A DNA stretch of 52,740 nt, taken from the IMG/VR virus record IMGVR_UViG_3300031673_000065, positions 1 through 52,740 of that record, one strand, 5' to 3'. Made by a program: the position numbers and the translations under genes. Numbering within the stretch: the stretch's first letter is position 1; the number at the start of each line of letters is the position of its first letter. The DNA comes from a virus. Lineage: Duplodnaviria > Caudoviricetes. The notes beneath the pieces were generated by a model. It made no database searches, had not been told where the DNA came from, and was given only the letters and a program-made list of their open reading frames with translations. This document shows, in pieces, positions 1 to 10,578 of the stretch.

Positions 1-145
1 GGTGTTAACCCTGGCACAAGAGTTGGGTGTGCCGTTGCGTGAGTTGGCGCAGATATTGGGTGTCAATCTTACGCCGATTGACAACACCACGGCGGAAGCC
101 ATTGGCGACTTGGCCGTGTCTTTGGGCGCCGACATTTTTGAATTG
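1..145. repeat. Terminal direct repeat (copy 1), identical to 52596-52740 except one base; circular or permuted assembly overlap
   Basis: ggtgttaaccctggcacaag...gacatttttgaattg occurs at both ends; only difference is C127 vs T52722 (GGC/GGT, both Gly). Confidence 0.97.
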
Positions 146-1153
146 CTGGACGCGTTGGGCGTTGACCTGTTCGCATTGGCGAAAGTGAGCGGTGTCCACA
201 TTGACGAAATGTCAGCCGACCTGGTGGCCGCGTTGGGCGATTTCGCGGAAGCCTTGGGCGTTGACGTGCTAAAACTAATTGACAAAATGGGGATACCGAT
301 TGCTGAGTTAGCCAAAACGTTCGGCATCGGCATCGATCAATTCAGCGCCGAACAATTCAAGGCGCTGGTCGCTTTCTCGGAATCACTTGGAGCCGGGATA
401 ACTGATGTGGCCGAAGCGTTGAATATTAACTTGGGCGATATCCGCGATGCTACGTCCATTCTGAGTCAGGCGCTAGGAATTGCAATCGGTGAATTGCCGC
501 CAGACATTCAAGTCGGATTAGGGCCGTATCTGGAAGCCATTCGTGAAGCGACCAACGATGCTGATGCGAACAACGCAATCGACGATTTGGGCAAGTATGT
601 TCTGAGTCTGCCACCCGACATCGCGGCACCATTAATTCCTTTCCTTGAAGCGATGGGGTTCGAGAACATCGCGCCGGAATTGTCGATGTTGTTTGACATT
701 GAGAAAAACACCCGCAACACGGTGGAGGCAATTCTGAAACAGAAACTTACTCCGACGCAGAACAAAGTGGTTGACATTGCGGATAAGATCAAACCGTATA
801 TGGCCCCTGCCCCGGTTAATCCATACGTTAAACCGCCACCGCAGAAGAACAACCTTGATCCAATCAAGTACGACCCGTACAAGAAAGGGTTCGCAACTGG
901 CGGCTATGTTGGGCAAACGGGATTGCACCAGTTGCATGCCGGGGAATTTGTGATCAACAAATCCGCCAACAATGTCAGCCCGGCGCAGGACAACGAACTG
1001 ACGGTTGCCGAGTTGTCCCAGATACGCACCGTGCTGTCAGATATCCGCGACCAGCAACGAAGGTATCAGGAAGCCGATTTGGCTTCGTCACGCAACATTG
1101 AATCCAGTATGAAACAGCAAGCCGAACAGACCAGGCGGACATCCAATGGTTGA
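2..1153 (+). CDS. Tape measure protein, C-terminal part (continues from 48589 across the end/start junction)
   Basis: In frame with the open frame 48589-52740 through the terminal repeat; helical LAxxLGV repeats; C-terminal FATGGYV...LHAGEFVI motif typical of TMP ends. Confidence 0.88.
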   Translation: MLTLAQELGVPLRELAQILGVNLTPIDNTTAEAIGDLAVSLGADIFELLDALGVDLFALAKVSGVHIDEMSADLVAALGDFAEALGVDVLKLIDKMGIPIAELAKTFGIGIDQFSAEQFKALVAFSESLGAGITDVAEALNINLGDIRDATSILSQALGIAIGELPPDIQVGLGPYLEAIREATNDADANNAIDDLGKYVLSLPPDIAAPLIPFLEAMGFENIAPELSMLFDIEKNTRNTVEAILKQKLTPTQNKVVDIADKIKPYMAPAPVNPYVKPPPQKNNLDPIKYDPYKKGFATGGYVGQTGLHQLHAGEFVINKSANNVSPAQDNELTVAELSQIRTVLSDIRDQQRRYQEADLASSRNIESSMKQQAEQTRRTSNG

Positions 1154-2795
1154 CCGTTACTCAAGCGAGATTCTTGCGGTTGTCACTGCTGTTGAATGGG
1201 ACAGCGCTCCTGCCCTGTCGGTGCTGCGGGTAGCGTTGTTTGGTGGCTTGTATGCCGAACCGGATAACCCAACCAACCCGGCAACCCATTACCAGGGTTG
1301 CATCAAGTCGGACATTCTTTTCAAGAAACAAATCGGAATTGAGTTCTGGAAAGAAGATTCAGCCATCGACTTCGGTTATCTTGACCTGGCTTTGGAGAAT
1401 CAGTCGGACGAATTTATCAATTTCGGCAAGAACGTCACAGTCGCATCAGTAGACATTTACCGCGTCAACCTTTCGAACACAGTTGCCACTCAACTGGAAA
1501 TTCTGGCATCGGCGCGTTGTTCAGACATCGGGTTCGCTGATGAAAACACTTTGCGCTTGCGGCTGGAATCTATTTTGCAAACGGGGTTTGATGGGCCGAT
1601 TAACGAAAGATACTACGGTTATGAATACCCGCAACTTACTGGCAAGCCCTACCCAATCGCGTGGGGACTGATTACCGACCCGCAACAAATCCTTCCGACC
1701 ATTGAGGTGGACGGTACAACCCTGCTTTACCACATCACCGATCTGGAAATCGACAGCTTTGAAACGGCGATCTATGATCGCGGAATCCAGCTGTTCGAGC
1801 CGACATCATTCAATGCTACGACTTATGGGTTCACCCTGAATCAGAATCCAAACGGGCGCATCACGTCGGGCCGGGTGTTGCTGTTTGACCCGTATGAAAC
1901 AGGACAGCACATGCACGGGCTGTTCCGCTTTGTGCGGCTGGCAATGACCCGTTCCGGTATCTGGACGTATGCCAACCAGGCCGAACTTACCCAACTGGAA
2001 ACGGACATCGGATTCGGCGATTTGTTCCCGCAATTCTTTACGTTTAACGTGGTGTCGCTGGAAAGTTTTCTGAAAATAATATTCGCAGGCGTGACCGGCT
2101 GGTATTACGTTGACGAACTGACAGAAATTCATTTTGGCAGGATGACCGACCCGGACGCCGAATCAGCCCCGCCGTTTGACTTCACCGACACAAACGTGGT
2201 CGGGAAAATAAAGGTCGAGGATGACAAGGCGCCGGGCCTCACCATTAACTTGAGTTATGCCTACAGCCCTGGCGCTTATGGCCCGGACGAAATTGCGGGC
2301 GGTGTGTACGGCGAAGACCGTGTTGACCTAACGAACGAAAGTCGCAAGGTGACGACGGCCGGATACTTCCAGACTTTATTATGGAAGGCTGATGCCGCGG
2401 ACTGGACAGTCGACAATATAATTTACAGTGCTGACGGTTATGCCGGGGAAGAATTTGTTGACCCGGTAACTAAGACTTATTGGGCCAAAATCGAAACTAG
2501 AACCCCGGTTTGGATTCCGATTGCTTATTCGGACGGCAGTCCATCGTCCTTTGACCTGGCTGAAGGTGAGGTCACGCGCTGGTGGTCAGAACTTTATTAC
2601 AAGCGCCGCAGGTTCTACACCTTCACCGTTAAATTGAATGATCCGCAATTCAATTCGGTTCTGCCGCAGTTGGGTGATTTTTGCACCTTGCAATCTGATC
2701 GTTTCAAATTGCTTGACGATCCCAAGAACCTGTTTATCCGGCGCATGGAATACAACTACAGCAAGAATCAACTCACTATTGAGGGCTGGGGATAA
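1146..2795 (+). CDS. Tail tip/hub-like virion structural protein
   Basis: 549 aa directly after TMP with overlapping start; GKPYPIAWG motif and C-terminal LGD...LTIEGWG resemble siphophage tail tip proteins. Confidence 0.6.
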   Translation: MVDRYSSEILAVVTAVEWDSAPALSVLRVALFGGLYAEPDNPTNPATHYQGCIKSDILFKKQIGIEFWKEDSAIDFGYLDLALENQSDEFINFGKNVTVASVDIYRVNLSNTVATQLEILASARCSDIGFADENTLRLRLESILQTGFDGPINERYYGYEYPQLTGKPYPIAWGLITDPQQILPTIEVDGTTLLYHITDLEIDSFETAIYDRGIQLFEPTSFNATTYGFTLNQNPNGRITSGRVLLFDPYETGQHMHGLFRFVRLAMTRSGIWTYANQAELTQLETDIGFGDLFPQFFTFNVVSLESFLKIIFAGVTGWYYVDELTEIHFGRMTDPDAESAPPFDFTDTNVVGKIKVEDDKAPGLTINLSYAYSPGAYGPDEIAGGVYGEDRVDLTNESRKVTTAGYFQTLLWKADAADWTVDNIIYSADGYAGEEFVDPVTKTYWAKIETRTPVWIPIAYSDGSPSSFDLAEGEVTRWWSELYYKRRRFYTFTVKLNDPQFNSVLPQLGDFCTLQSDRFKLLDDPKNLFIRRMEYNYSKNQLTIEGWG

Positions 2796-3823
2796 TGGCA
2801 ACGCAAAATTCGATCATCAGTTACACACCGCAACCTTATTATGATTCCGGCACAGCTACGATTGCCGGGTACACGGCGATCAATTCGATTGAGAACACAG
2901 GCGGAATTTTCGACCCTGACCTGTCAAACTACACCACCGTCGTGCCCAACATTAGCGCGGCCACCTTTGCTGTGAAAATCGACTTCAATAAACAAAGCGC
3001 ACACTTGACTGCGGTAGATTTGTCGTTGGCCTTTATCGGGTGCAGTTTGCTGACATACGAGAACAGCGGTGGTAGTCCCGTGCTGGCTTCCGAATTCTCC
3101 GAAAACATCAATGCGGTGATGTCGTCCAACGTTGGTGCGTTGGCTTCGGAACTAGCCAGCTTCGCGCACAATTCGCAGGACAGCATTCAAACGTTCAACG
3201 CGACAGCCATGCCGTCTGTGATCAGTGGCGGCCGCGCTAATGTGCTGTTCAATGGCATTGGCTACAGTACCGCCGGAACCACCGCCACGGTCTATCTGAC
3301 TGTCACACGCAGCGCAGCAGACGTTACCGCCAGGCCGCATTCGCGCCTGATCCTTGGTAACCTGTTCATCGGAGTGGACATCCCGGTCACGATTGACCCG
3401 ACGACGTTTAGCTGGACGATGCTGGTTGAGAACATGCGCTTTGTCGCTCGGGACTTTGGCGCAATCAGTTCAGACGGCACGCTGGTCAAACGGTCAGCCG
3501 GGGAAATTATCAAGATTCCGAATAGCCGCCTGATTGGTTCTGTAGTGTCAGCGGTTTCACCCAGCATGACGGTTTCTAATGTTGCGAATTATTTTGACCT
3601 GATCAAAGTCAATACATCTTACCCGTTGCTGTTCAACCCGTACCCGTTGGGGCCGGTGATTGATAGCATAATTACGATAAGCGAAGCCAACCTGACGGCG
3701 CGACAGAACTTCTTCTCAATCTATGGATTCATGGAAGACCCGCTTGAATTGTTGGTCGGCGAATTCCGTGACGGCCTGAATTCCGAATACCGCGCCAGGT
3801 TCCGAATTGTCGAGACCCGTTAA
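2795..3823 (+). CDS. Putative tail structural protein
   Basis: 342 aa, beta-rich, translationally coupled to the previous gene; last gene of the late arm. Confidence 0.5.
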   Translation: MATQNSIISYTPQPYYDSGTATIAGYTAINSIENTGGIFDPDLSNYTTVVPNISAATFAVKIDFNKQSAHLTAVDLSLAFIGCSLLTYENSGGSPVLASEFSENINAVMSSNVGALASELASFAHNSQDSIQTFNATAMPSVISGGRANVLFNGIGYSTAGTTATVYLTVTRSAADVTARPHSRLILGNLFIGVDIPVTIDPTTFSWTMLVENMRFVARDFGAISSDGTLVKRSAGEIIKIPNSRLIGSVVSAVSPSMTVSNVANYFDLIKVNTSYPLLFNPYPLGPVIDSIITISEANLTARQNFFSIYGFMEDPLELLVGEFRDGLNSEYRARFRIVETR

Positions 3824-4029
3824 AGGGTCCACTTGCCTTCAAGCTGCTCTGTGCCGTCTAAATTTATATGAAACCACTGGGCATTTACCAGTTCTAAAAA
3901 ATCACCAGATTCAAGCCAAAGCGGCTCGTCAAATACAAACCGAACCTGGTTGCTAACGACCCCAATTCCAATTTCGTTGAGAACGCCAGCACCTTCAATG
4001 CAATAAAGATCGCGCGGCTTAGTCTTCAT
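3820..4029 (-). CDS. Hypothetical protein
   Basis: ATG at 4029 with AGGAGG upstream; stop overlaps the convergent late-arm stop. Confidence 0.55.
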   Translation of the reverse strand: MKTKPRDLYCIEGAGVLNEIGIGVVSNQVRFVFDEPLWLESGDFLELVNAQWFHINLDGTEQLEGKWTL

Positions 4030-4378
4030 CGATCCTCCTGCTGAACGGTTCGCCAACTTCGCCGGTTAGTGTGTCCTTGATCTTGCCGTTGCTGAGTGTG
4101 CGGTGTGGCGGTTCCGGCACGTAGCCTCCCAGCGCTTTGTCCAGCATCTTCACGGCATGTGCGTTTGTGCATTGGGTGTCCAGGTCGACAATCACCCGTT
4201 CAACATCACCCAGTTTGGCTTGAAGTTCTTCGGCTTTCGTTTTCCAGAAATAGACATCGCACTCAAGGTCGCTGATCAAACCCTTCTGCGCTTCGTTATG
4301 CTCACGCAACATCCGGCAGCTTTTCTCTAATTCAGGCCGTGTGCGCACTTTCTTCGGTTCGCGGAAATAGTCACTCAT
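4019..4378 (-). CDS. Hypothetical coiled-coil protein
   Basis: ATG at 4378 preceded by AGGAG; heptad-like central region. Confidence 0.6.
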   Translation of the reverse strand: MSDYFREPKKVRTRPELEKSCRMLREHNEAQKGLISDLECDVYFWKTKAEELQAKLGDVERVIVDLDTQCTNAHAVKMLDKALGGYVPEPPHRTLSNGKIKDTLTGEVGEPFSRRIDED

Positions 4379-4896
4379 TTCGTCTCTCCTGCTGGTTTCT
4401 TCCAAGCCAACGCCAGCCGCGGCATTGCGCTTTCTATGTCACCTTGCTTCCATTCCAACCGGGTAGCCACGCCTGCAATTTTGCCCATCCACAGCACGCT
4501 CTCAAGATGTTGTTTGCGTTGTGCGTCGTCAAACACCAGCCACCCGCCAGGCTTCAGCAGCCGCCACGCGTTCGTCGTTGCCTGATATCGATGAGCTTCA
4601 GCACAGTCGATCAGGATCAGATCAACGCAATTATCTCCCAAGTCGCGGCAAACATCAGCCACTTGTTTCGTCAATCGCAATTCCAGATTACAATTGGCAC
4701 CTTGTAGATCATTCGAGACTTTCGTGAACCAGCGCGGATCAGTTTCGATTGATATCAGTCGCCCACACCGGTCAGCGAACCAGCGCGATGACCAGCCTGC
4801 ACCGTACTCAAGCACGAAGGATTCTGGCGATAGTTTATCGTCCATAAAATCTAGCACCGATTGATTCAAGCAAATTCGTTTCATATTTGTACCCAT
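4375..4896 (-). CDS. Class I SAM-dependent methyltransferase (Methyltransf_24-like)
   Basis: Motif I VLEYGAGWSS, then ISIETD, LILIDC and LKPGGWLVFDD. Confidence 0.82.
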   Translation of the reverse strand: MGTNMKRICLNQSVLDFMDDKLSPESFVLEYGAGWSSRWFADRCGRLISIETDPRWFTKVSNDLQGANCNLELRLTKQVADVCRDLGDNCVDLILIDCAEAHRYQATTNAWRLLKPGGWLVFDDAQRKQHLESVLWMGKIAGVATRLEWKQGDIESAMPRLALAWKKPAGETK

Positions 4897-5606
4897 GATT
4901 CAGGTTTCTCCATTAATTGACGCCAGGTGTAAAGCGTGCGGTGAAAATCGGATAACGTGTGAATAGCACGACCTTTTCTGGCTTGCCACTTCACCTGGTA
5001 TCGTTTCGGAAAATACTTTGCATAGTACTCACAGGTATCTTCCCAATGTTGAATGGACAGGCATTTGCCATAGTGCCTGACATATACCGGAGCAAGCGCT
5101 ATGCTCCCCGCCACGATGGGTTCACGCTGGTCCAGACCTTTGTACTGGGCGCTGTCTGTTCTGAACAGCATCAGGATGTCGCGATATTCTGGCCCCCAAA
5201 GCCGCGGCAATTTAGCCAGAGAACCGCGTCGGTGTGGGTCGCAAAAGGCGGATGTCATATAGCCATCAAATAAACGAAAACAGAAACCAGCCCCACGCAA
5301 TTCAGGCAGTTCACCTTCAAGCCGCTCGTCAGCGTCAAAGCACAACACCCAATCAGCCCCCATTGAACGGGCCTCACCCAACAGGAGAGACCGGTGTCGG
5401 GTTTCTTCTGCCACCCGGTTGAGGCTCCAGTGATCGCCGCGGATCAGCGACAGCCGGTCTCCACCGGCGCTCAGAGCAAGCGCAACCGTGTCATCAGTTG
5501 AACAGTCGTCATACAGGATGACGTGGGCGCAGTATCCCAGGAAATGCTTGATCGTGTCTTCGATGATAAGTGCTTCATTTCGAACCCGTGTTATTCCGAT
5601 TAACAT
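4881..5606 (-). CDS. Glycosyltransferase family 2 (GT-A fold)
   Basis: ITRVRNE, YDDCSTDDT and DxD motif FDADE; GGAGG RBS before ATG 5606. Confidence 0.85.
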   Translation of the reverse strand: MLIGITRVRNEALIIEDTIKHFLGYCAHVILYDDCSTDDTVALALSAGGDRLSLIRGDHWSLNRVAEETRHRSLLLGEARSMGADWVLCFDADERLEGELPELRGAGFCFRLFDGYMTSAFCDPHRRGSLAKLPRLWGPEYRDILMLFRTDSAQYKGLDQREPIVAGSIALAPVYVRHYGKCLSIQHWEDTCEYYAKYFPKRYQVKWQARKGRAIHTLSDFHRTLYTWRQLMEKPESWVQI

Positions 5607-5740
5607 TACCACACACCTCCATTCAAAAAGTCATTGGCTAGTGCAACCAAGGCATAAGCCATGATAAGCAAAACCGCCACACCAACGGCGTCGAAAAACA
5701 CGTCAATGATGAATTTCAGACGGCTACGAGGTCGGTTCAT
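5606..5740 (-). CDS. Small membrane protein
   Basis: ATG 5740 with AGGAG RBS; one hydrophobic segment (AVGVAVLLIMAYALVALA). Confidence 0.55.
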   Translation of the reverse strand: MNRPRSRLKFIIDVFFDAVGVAVLLIMAYALVALANDFLNGGVW

Positions 5741-5853
5741 TTCATTCTCCTGTAAAATAGTCCGGGTGCACTCCAACAAACGAACTTGGCCAGCGTGTTG
5801 GAGTGCTTGCCGCTTCCCGGCGAGCGTTAACAGGATCGCTGGCCTGACTTTCA

Positions 5854-7425
5854 TTAACTCAAAAACAACTTGCTAGCTTCAACATCACCAACAAGCGTCC
5901 TGACTATATTATCTTTTCGTTGCAACGCGGCGACAACCTGTTCTTCAATTGTACCTTCCGCTATGAAGTCATGGTACACAACGTGCACGTGCTGACCGAT
6001 GCGATGTGCCCTATCTTCAGATTGCAAGCGGTGTTCCAGGTTGAAAGAGTTGCTGTAATAAAAAACATGCTCAGCAGCGGTCAACGTCAAGCCAACCCCA
6101 CCAGATTGCTGCTGACCTATGAACACTTGCGCCGTGCCGTCTTGGAATTCATTGATGGCTGCGTCTTTTGCAGCATCACCAACCCCACCGTGATATTCAA
6201 CAGCCTTGATGCCTAGCTCTTTGCAAACTTTGGCGATGTCTTTCAGCTCCTGACGCAGCAAGCCCCATATGATTACAGATTTGCCGCAGAGATCTTCCAA
6301 GCGTTCTTTCAACACTAGTAATTTTGGGTTGTCTCCTGCGATGCGTTGCACGCCGTCGTCTGGTGTTATGAAATATCCCGAACAAACTTGCGACATCTTC
6401 TGCATGGCTGTGAGCTTGATCATTGGCAACACGGTCTCGTCGTCAAACATCAATCGCAACCGGTGCTTCAGCTCATTGTATATTTTTGTTTGCTGCGGAG
6501 TCAGTTCAAAGAATGTCTGCGTGTAAATTTTGTCTGGCAGATCCAAACATTCTTCCTTGGTGACGCGAAACGAATAGTGCGACACCGTTTCCTTCAGCTC
6601 CAACAAATTTTTGTAAAGTGGACTGCCATCAAATCCTTTGCGTACCATCTGCGGAGCTCTTTGCTCTGTAACTTTGTCAACCCAAGCTTCCGGTTTATCT
6701 GGGTTGCTGCGCTTCAGCTTTGCGCGGATTTGTCGCTTGATTGCTGCGTACACGTGGTCCGCATCGTCCATCATAGCAGCGTGCCGGGCACAGAATGCCC
6801 GGTAAGAAATGCCATCCAATATAGCAGGGCTCAAGAACATCATCTGCGACCAAAAATCAAACGGCGATCCAGTACTAGGCGTGCCGGTCAGCGCTCTGCG
6901 GTAACCACATTGCCGGGCTAACCGTAATGCTGCTTTGGTGGTTGCTGCTGTTGGCGTTTTGATGCGGTGGCTTTCATCCGCGACAATCATAGCAGGACCT
7001 CCCGTCACAAACATCTCCGCGCAGCGCCAGCCGCGCTCGGAACGTATGGCTTCCCAATTCATGCACAGGATTTTGAACCGTTCGTATTCAAACAAATCCG
7101 TTAGCTCTTTGATCTTGGCTTTGGTTTTTTGCGGACGCCAAAGCGCAGCGTGCCAATGGAAGCTTGCGTGGTCTGGCGCGTGCGCTGGAAGTTCCTTGCG
7201 GAACCAATTTGAGTCTACGCCTTTCGGCGCCAGCACCAGAACGCGGTCGATTTCTCCGAGCTGATTCAATGCGAACATCTCCGCTATGGTGCTCCATGTT
7301 TTGCCGGTGCCTTGCTCAGAGAAATTTGCAAAAGCCCGCACCAGATTCGCCTTCAGCAAGGAGTTGATTTGGTGCTCGTAAGGTTTCGTACTCATGACCG
7401 AAACGAGTTCTTTAATGTCGTCCAT
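5854..7425 (-). CDS. SNF2-family (SF2) DNA helicase
   Basis: Walker A-like EQGTGKT, DESH box, LTGTP, SGGVGLTL, QSEDRAHRIGQ. Confidence 0.93.
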   Translation of the reverse strand: MDDIKELVSVMSTKPYEHQINSLLKANLVRAFANFSEQGTGKTWSTIAEMFALNQLGEIDRVLVLAPKGVDSNWFRKELPAHAPDHASFHWHAALWRPQKTKAKIKELTDLFEYERFKILCMNWEAIRSERGWRCAEMFVTGGPAMIVADESHRIKTPTAATTKAALRLARQCGYRRALTGTPSTGSPFDFWSQMMFLSPAILDGISYRAFCARHAAMMDDADHVYAAIKRQIRAKLKRSNPDKPEAWVDKVTEQRAPQMVRKGFDGSPLYKNLLELKETVSHYSFRVTKEECLDLPDKIYTQTFFELTPQQTKIYNELKHRLRLMFDDETVLPMIKLTAMQKMSQVCSGYFITPDDGVQRIAGDNPKLLVLKERLEDLCGKSVIIWGLLRQELKDIAKVCKELGIKAVEYHGGVGDAAKDAAINEFQDGTAQVFIGQQQSGGVGLTLTAAEHVFYYSNSFNLEHRLQSEDRAHRIGQHVHVVYHDFIAEGTIEEQVVAALQRKDNIVRTLVGDVEASKLFLS

Positions 7426-7823
7426 TTTTCTTTCCTCATTGGTTTTGGTTCACAGAACAAACTCACTTCAGCAAGCTCTGCCACCGTCATAAAATTGATG
7501 CGCTCCGCAACACAGCCAGAAACCACCAGCACCCGCTGATCAGTATCAATCAGGAAGTAACTCCTGCCGCCGCACTGCCATTGATGTAGGTGCCAGTTTA
7601 TCTGCTGGCGGCTTACGTCGTGGTTGGATCCGAACAGCGGCGTCGCAGGGCGCTTTGGCTCTGTTGGTGCTTTTATTTCCACCCAGAATTCACCGATGCC
7701 TTGGAAGCAGCAGTTGGTGTCTGGCATGCCGGGCGTGATTGGGTTCTCAACCCGATTGATGCGGTTGAAGCGTCCTGCCAGGTTATTGCGGAACCGGTCG
7801 TGCGCTGTTTTTTCGCTAGGCAT
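7392..7823 (-). CDS. PD-(D/E)xK nuclease (VRR-NUC/Holliday junction resolvase-like)
   Basis: RVEN...GMPD...WVEIK...QINW pattern; lies between polymerase and helicase. Confidence 0.75.
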   Translation of the reverse strand: MPSEKTAHDRFRNNLAGRFNRINRVENPITPGMPDTNCCFQGIGEFWVEIKAPTEPKRPATPLFGSNHDVSRQQINWHLHQWQCGGRSYFLIDTDQRVLVVSGCVAERINFMTVAELAEVSLFCEPKPMRKEKWTTLKNSFRS

Positions 7824-10578
7824 CAATCCTCCTCCACTTCACAACCCAACCGAACCGATAGCCAGGCACCAGCCTCACGCGAATCATCAACACAGCTCCG
7901 ACGGGAACTTCGTTGAACAACTGCTTGCCCATACGCTCATAATCAAAGCGCCCAATCCGCACTAGCAATTGCTCAGTGTCGTCGTGCACTCGGAAATCCA
8001 AATAAGTCGTAGGTTCAGAAACAACCTCTCCTCCGCGTTTCTTGATGTTGATTTCCTCGTTGGCATCGCGCAAGTTCTTGTAGATGAGTTTGCCTATCAA
8101 CACACACATTCCATCCTGCTCGCCGGTAATCTGTTCCAGCCGGACAACGTCTCCAACAACCTTTTCATCCCCGTCGTAATAGTTGGCGTATGCATGTTCA
8201 ATCGGAAACAAATCGTCAAAGTCCTTTTGCGCAGACTCAATTTTCTCTATCTGCTTTGCTGTCAGCGTTCCAGCTTCACGGTCTTTGATAAACTTCTCAG
8301 ACAGCTTTGGGCCGAAACCTTTGGCAGAGTCCAAGCCGGGCATCAGTGCTCCGTTCTGCACCGACCAGCTGGCATCCGCTTTGCGCCAATCCAGTGGCTG
8401 GTGCTTGATCCTGCCGGCAGTCACCATCTCACGTATCAGCTTGATGCCTTTGTCGGAGTCCATGCCGGAGCGCAAGCAACTCAAAACAAACGGAAGCGGG
8501 TGGTGCGCCTTGAGCCATGCGGTCCAATAGCTCAGCACGGCATAGCTGTAGGTGTGCGCTTTGTTCATCTGCCAAGCGCCCATCGTGTTGATTGAGTCCC
8601 ATATCTGCCGGGCGTCCTCTTCACTCAAGCCATTTTCCAATGCGCCTTTGCGGAACTTGTTCCAGAATGTTTCAAAGTACTCCACACCCATACGCTTGGA
8701 GATCAACTTGCGGATGCGGGCTGAATCTGCCCAGCTGAACTTGCCGATGTTGCGAACAATGATCAGCGTTTGCTCCTGATAGATTGGCAAGCCTTCCGTG
8801 TTCAGCATGTGGTCTGCGACCAGCGGGTGCGCCTTGATCTTTTTGCCGGAGTTGCGTGACACAAGGTACTGCGCCGTGATGCCAGAACCGAATGGGCCGG
8901 GCCGGGCTAGCGCTGTCACAGCATCAATGTCGTGCATGGATTTGAACGGTACGATCTGCTTGGCGATTGAACGCATGGCATCCCCTTCAAACTGAAATAT
9001 GCCGGACAGCGCTTGGTCGTCGAATATCTTCAATGTTTCAGCATTGTCCAGCGGCAACGAATACCACTCCTCATTGCTCAGCACGTTAGCATTGTCCAGC
9101 ACGGAAAGCGTACGCAGGCCCAACACATCTATCTTCAATAGGTTGAGGTCCTCTGCGCTGTACTTTTCGATCTGTGCTATGCCTTCCGCTGTGACGGAGC
9201 AGTAATTGGTTATGGGGTCGTTGCAGATCAGCAACCCTGCTGCGTGCACGCCGGTGTGTGACGCGTGACCTTCAATCTCTGCCGCAACCATGACCTCTGG
9301 GAACATGCGCTTGAGCTGCTTGCCGGGGTCTGTTGTTTCAAGCGTATCGCGCAAACAATCACTCACCCGCGAATCCGCACTGCTACGTTCAATCATGGCA
9401 ACCTTGACCGAGGCAGTCGCCGCGGCTGGAATGCCGAGCCGCTTGCACGCTGTTATCAGCGATGACTTGGCTTGGTAGCGGGAGATGGTGCCGATGTGCG
9501 CTACGTTTTGGCTGCCGTACTTGTCTGCCATATATTCAAACACAAGATGGCGCTTTGCGTCTGGGAAGTCCAAATCGATATCCGGCAAATCCTCTCGCGT
9601 CGCATCAATAAAACGTTCGAAGATCAAGCCCGGTGGAATTGGGTCGATCTCTGTGATGCGTGTCAAGTAGCAAACCAACGAGCCAGCAGCGCTGCCGCGT
9701 GACGGTCCAACCAACATGTATTGCTTGGCGAATTCGCACATGTCCGCAACCACCAGGAAGTAGCTGGCGAAATCTTTGTCTTTGATCAGGCCCATCTCCT
9801 TCTTCAGCCGTTGCTCATATTCATCCGTCCACTCCAGCCCATTCAACTTTGCGCGGTACTTGATGCCTGCGCGGCAAAGTTTCCACAGCTTGCGGTGTGC
9901 GTCTGGCACCGAGATGATTGGGGCTGTTGGCAGATCGAAATCTTCCGGCAACAACTCAGTTTGATTTTCCCCTGTGTCATAAAGGTGCTGCGCAGATGGC
10001 TTCAAGTTGCGAGGTGCAACAATGTCCAGCAGCGTCTTGTCAGGTTCCCTGGAATAAGCATTATCACAGCACTGGACAACGGTCAAACCGTGCGCCGCAG
10101 CTATGCGCTTTTTTGAGTGCTGGGCGATTATTGAAGCGGGAGAAAGGTCAATCCAAGCTCCAGCTCCGACAAGGAATTCTTCGTCCAGGACGTCGCCGGC
10201 AAACTTGATGACATTGTCGCTGATGCCAAGCACATCAGAGCGGTAAAGCCTTGGCACCTTGCCGCGTTTGGTCGAGAGCATCTGGTCGTGCGCACGGCTG
10301 GTAAAGCCGTACAATTCTCGCAACCCGGCTGGGTTGCGCGCGACGAACGCCATAGTGTTTTGCTCGTCATTTTCCGCCACAACCAGTTCCACGCCGTACA
10401 TCGGCATAACCCCAGCCTCCCTGCACGCTTTCTGCCACGGGAGATGTCCCCAGGTTCCGTTTTTGTCCACTATCGCTGCAGCCCTACAGCCTAGTTCCTG
10501 CAACCGCTCCACGACCACCTTAATTGGTGCGAATGTTTCACCAAAACTGTACTCTGTCCTAACTCGCCACTGAATCAT
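7816..10578 (-). CDS. dnaE: DNA polymerase III alpha subunit-like (family C) polymerase
   Basis: RGSAAGSLV, PDIDLDF, HAAG, KIDVLGL, GIFQFEG, YQEQ, NKAH motifs; true start likely ATG 10578 (GGAGG RBS), not 10758. Confidence 0.95.
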   Translation of the reverse strand: MIQWRVRTEYSFGETFAPIKVVVERLQELGCRAAAIVDKNGTWGHLPWQKACREAGVMPMYGVELVVAENDEQNTMAFVARNPAGLRELYGFTSRAHDQMLSTKRGKVPRLYRSDVLGISDNVIKFAGDVLDEEFLVGAGAWIDLSPASIIAQHSKKRIAAAHGLTVVQCCDNAYSREPDKTLLDIVAPRNLKPSAQHLYDTGENQTELLPEDFDLPTAPIISVPDAHRKLWKLCRAGIKYRAKLNGLEWTDEYEQRLKKEMGLIKDKDFASYFLVVADMCEFAKQYMLVGPSRGSAAGSLVCYLTRITEIDPIPPGLIFERFIDATREDLPDIDLDFPDAKRHLVFEYMADKYGSQNVAHIGTISRYQAKSSLITACKRLGIPAAATASVKVAMIERSSADSRVSDCLRDTLETTDPGKQLKRMFPEVMVAAEIEGHASHTGVHAAGLLICNDPITNYCSVTAEGIAQIEKYSAEDLNLLKIDVLGLRTLSVLDNANVLSNEEWYSLPLDNAETLKIFDDQALSGIFQFEGDAMRSIAKQIVPFKSMHDIDAVTALARPGPFGSGITAQYLVSRNSGKKIKAHPLVADHMLNTEGLPIYQEQTLIIVRNIGKFSWADSARIRKLISKRMGVEYFETFWNKFRKGALENGLSEEDARQIWDSINTMGAWQMNKAHTYSYAVLSYWTAWLKAHHPLPFVLSCLRSGMDSDKGIKLIREMVTAGRIKHQPLDWRKADASWSVQNGALMPGLDSAKGFGPKLSEKFIKDREAGTLTAKQIEKIESAQKDFDDLFPIEHAYANYYDGDEKVVGDVVRLEQITGEQDGMCVLIGKLIYKNLRDANEEINIKKRGGEVVSEPTTYLDFRVHDDTEQLLVRIGRFDYERMGKQLFNEVPVGAVLMIRVRLVPGYRFGWVVKWRRIDA

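Noticed and set aside
1-145. Terminal repeat as a biological DTR or att site
   Set aside because: It falls mid-gene in the tape measure protein, consistent with assembly overlap of a circular or permuted genome rather than a physical end.
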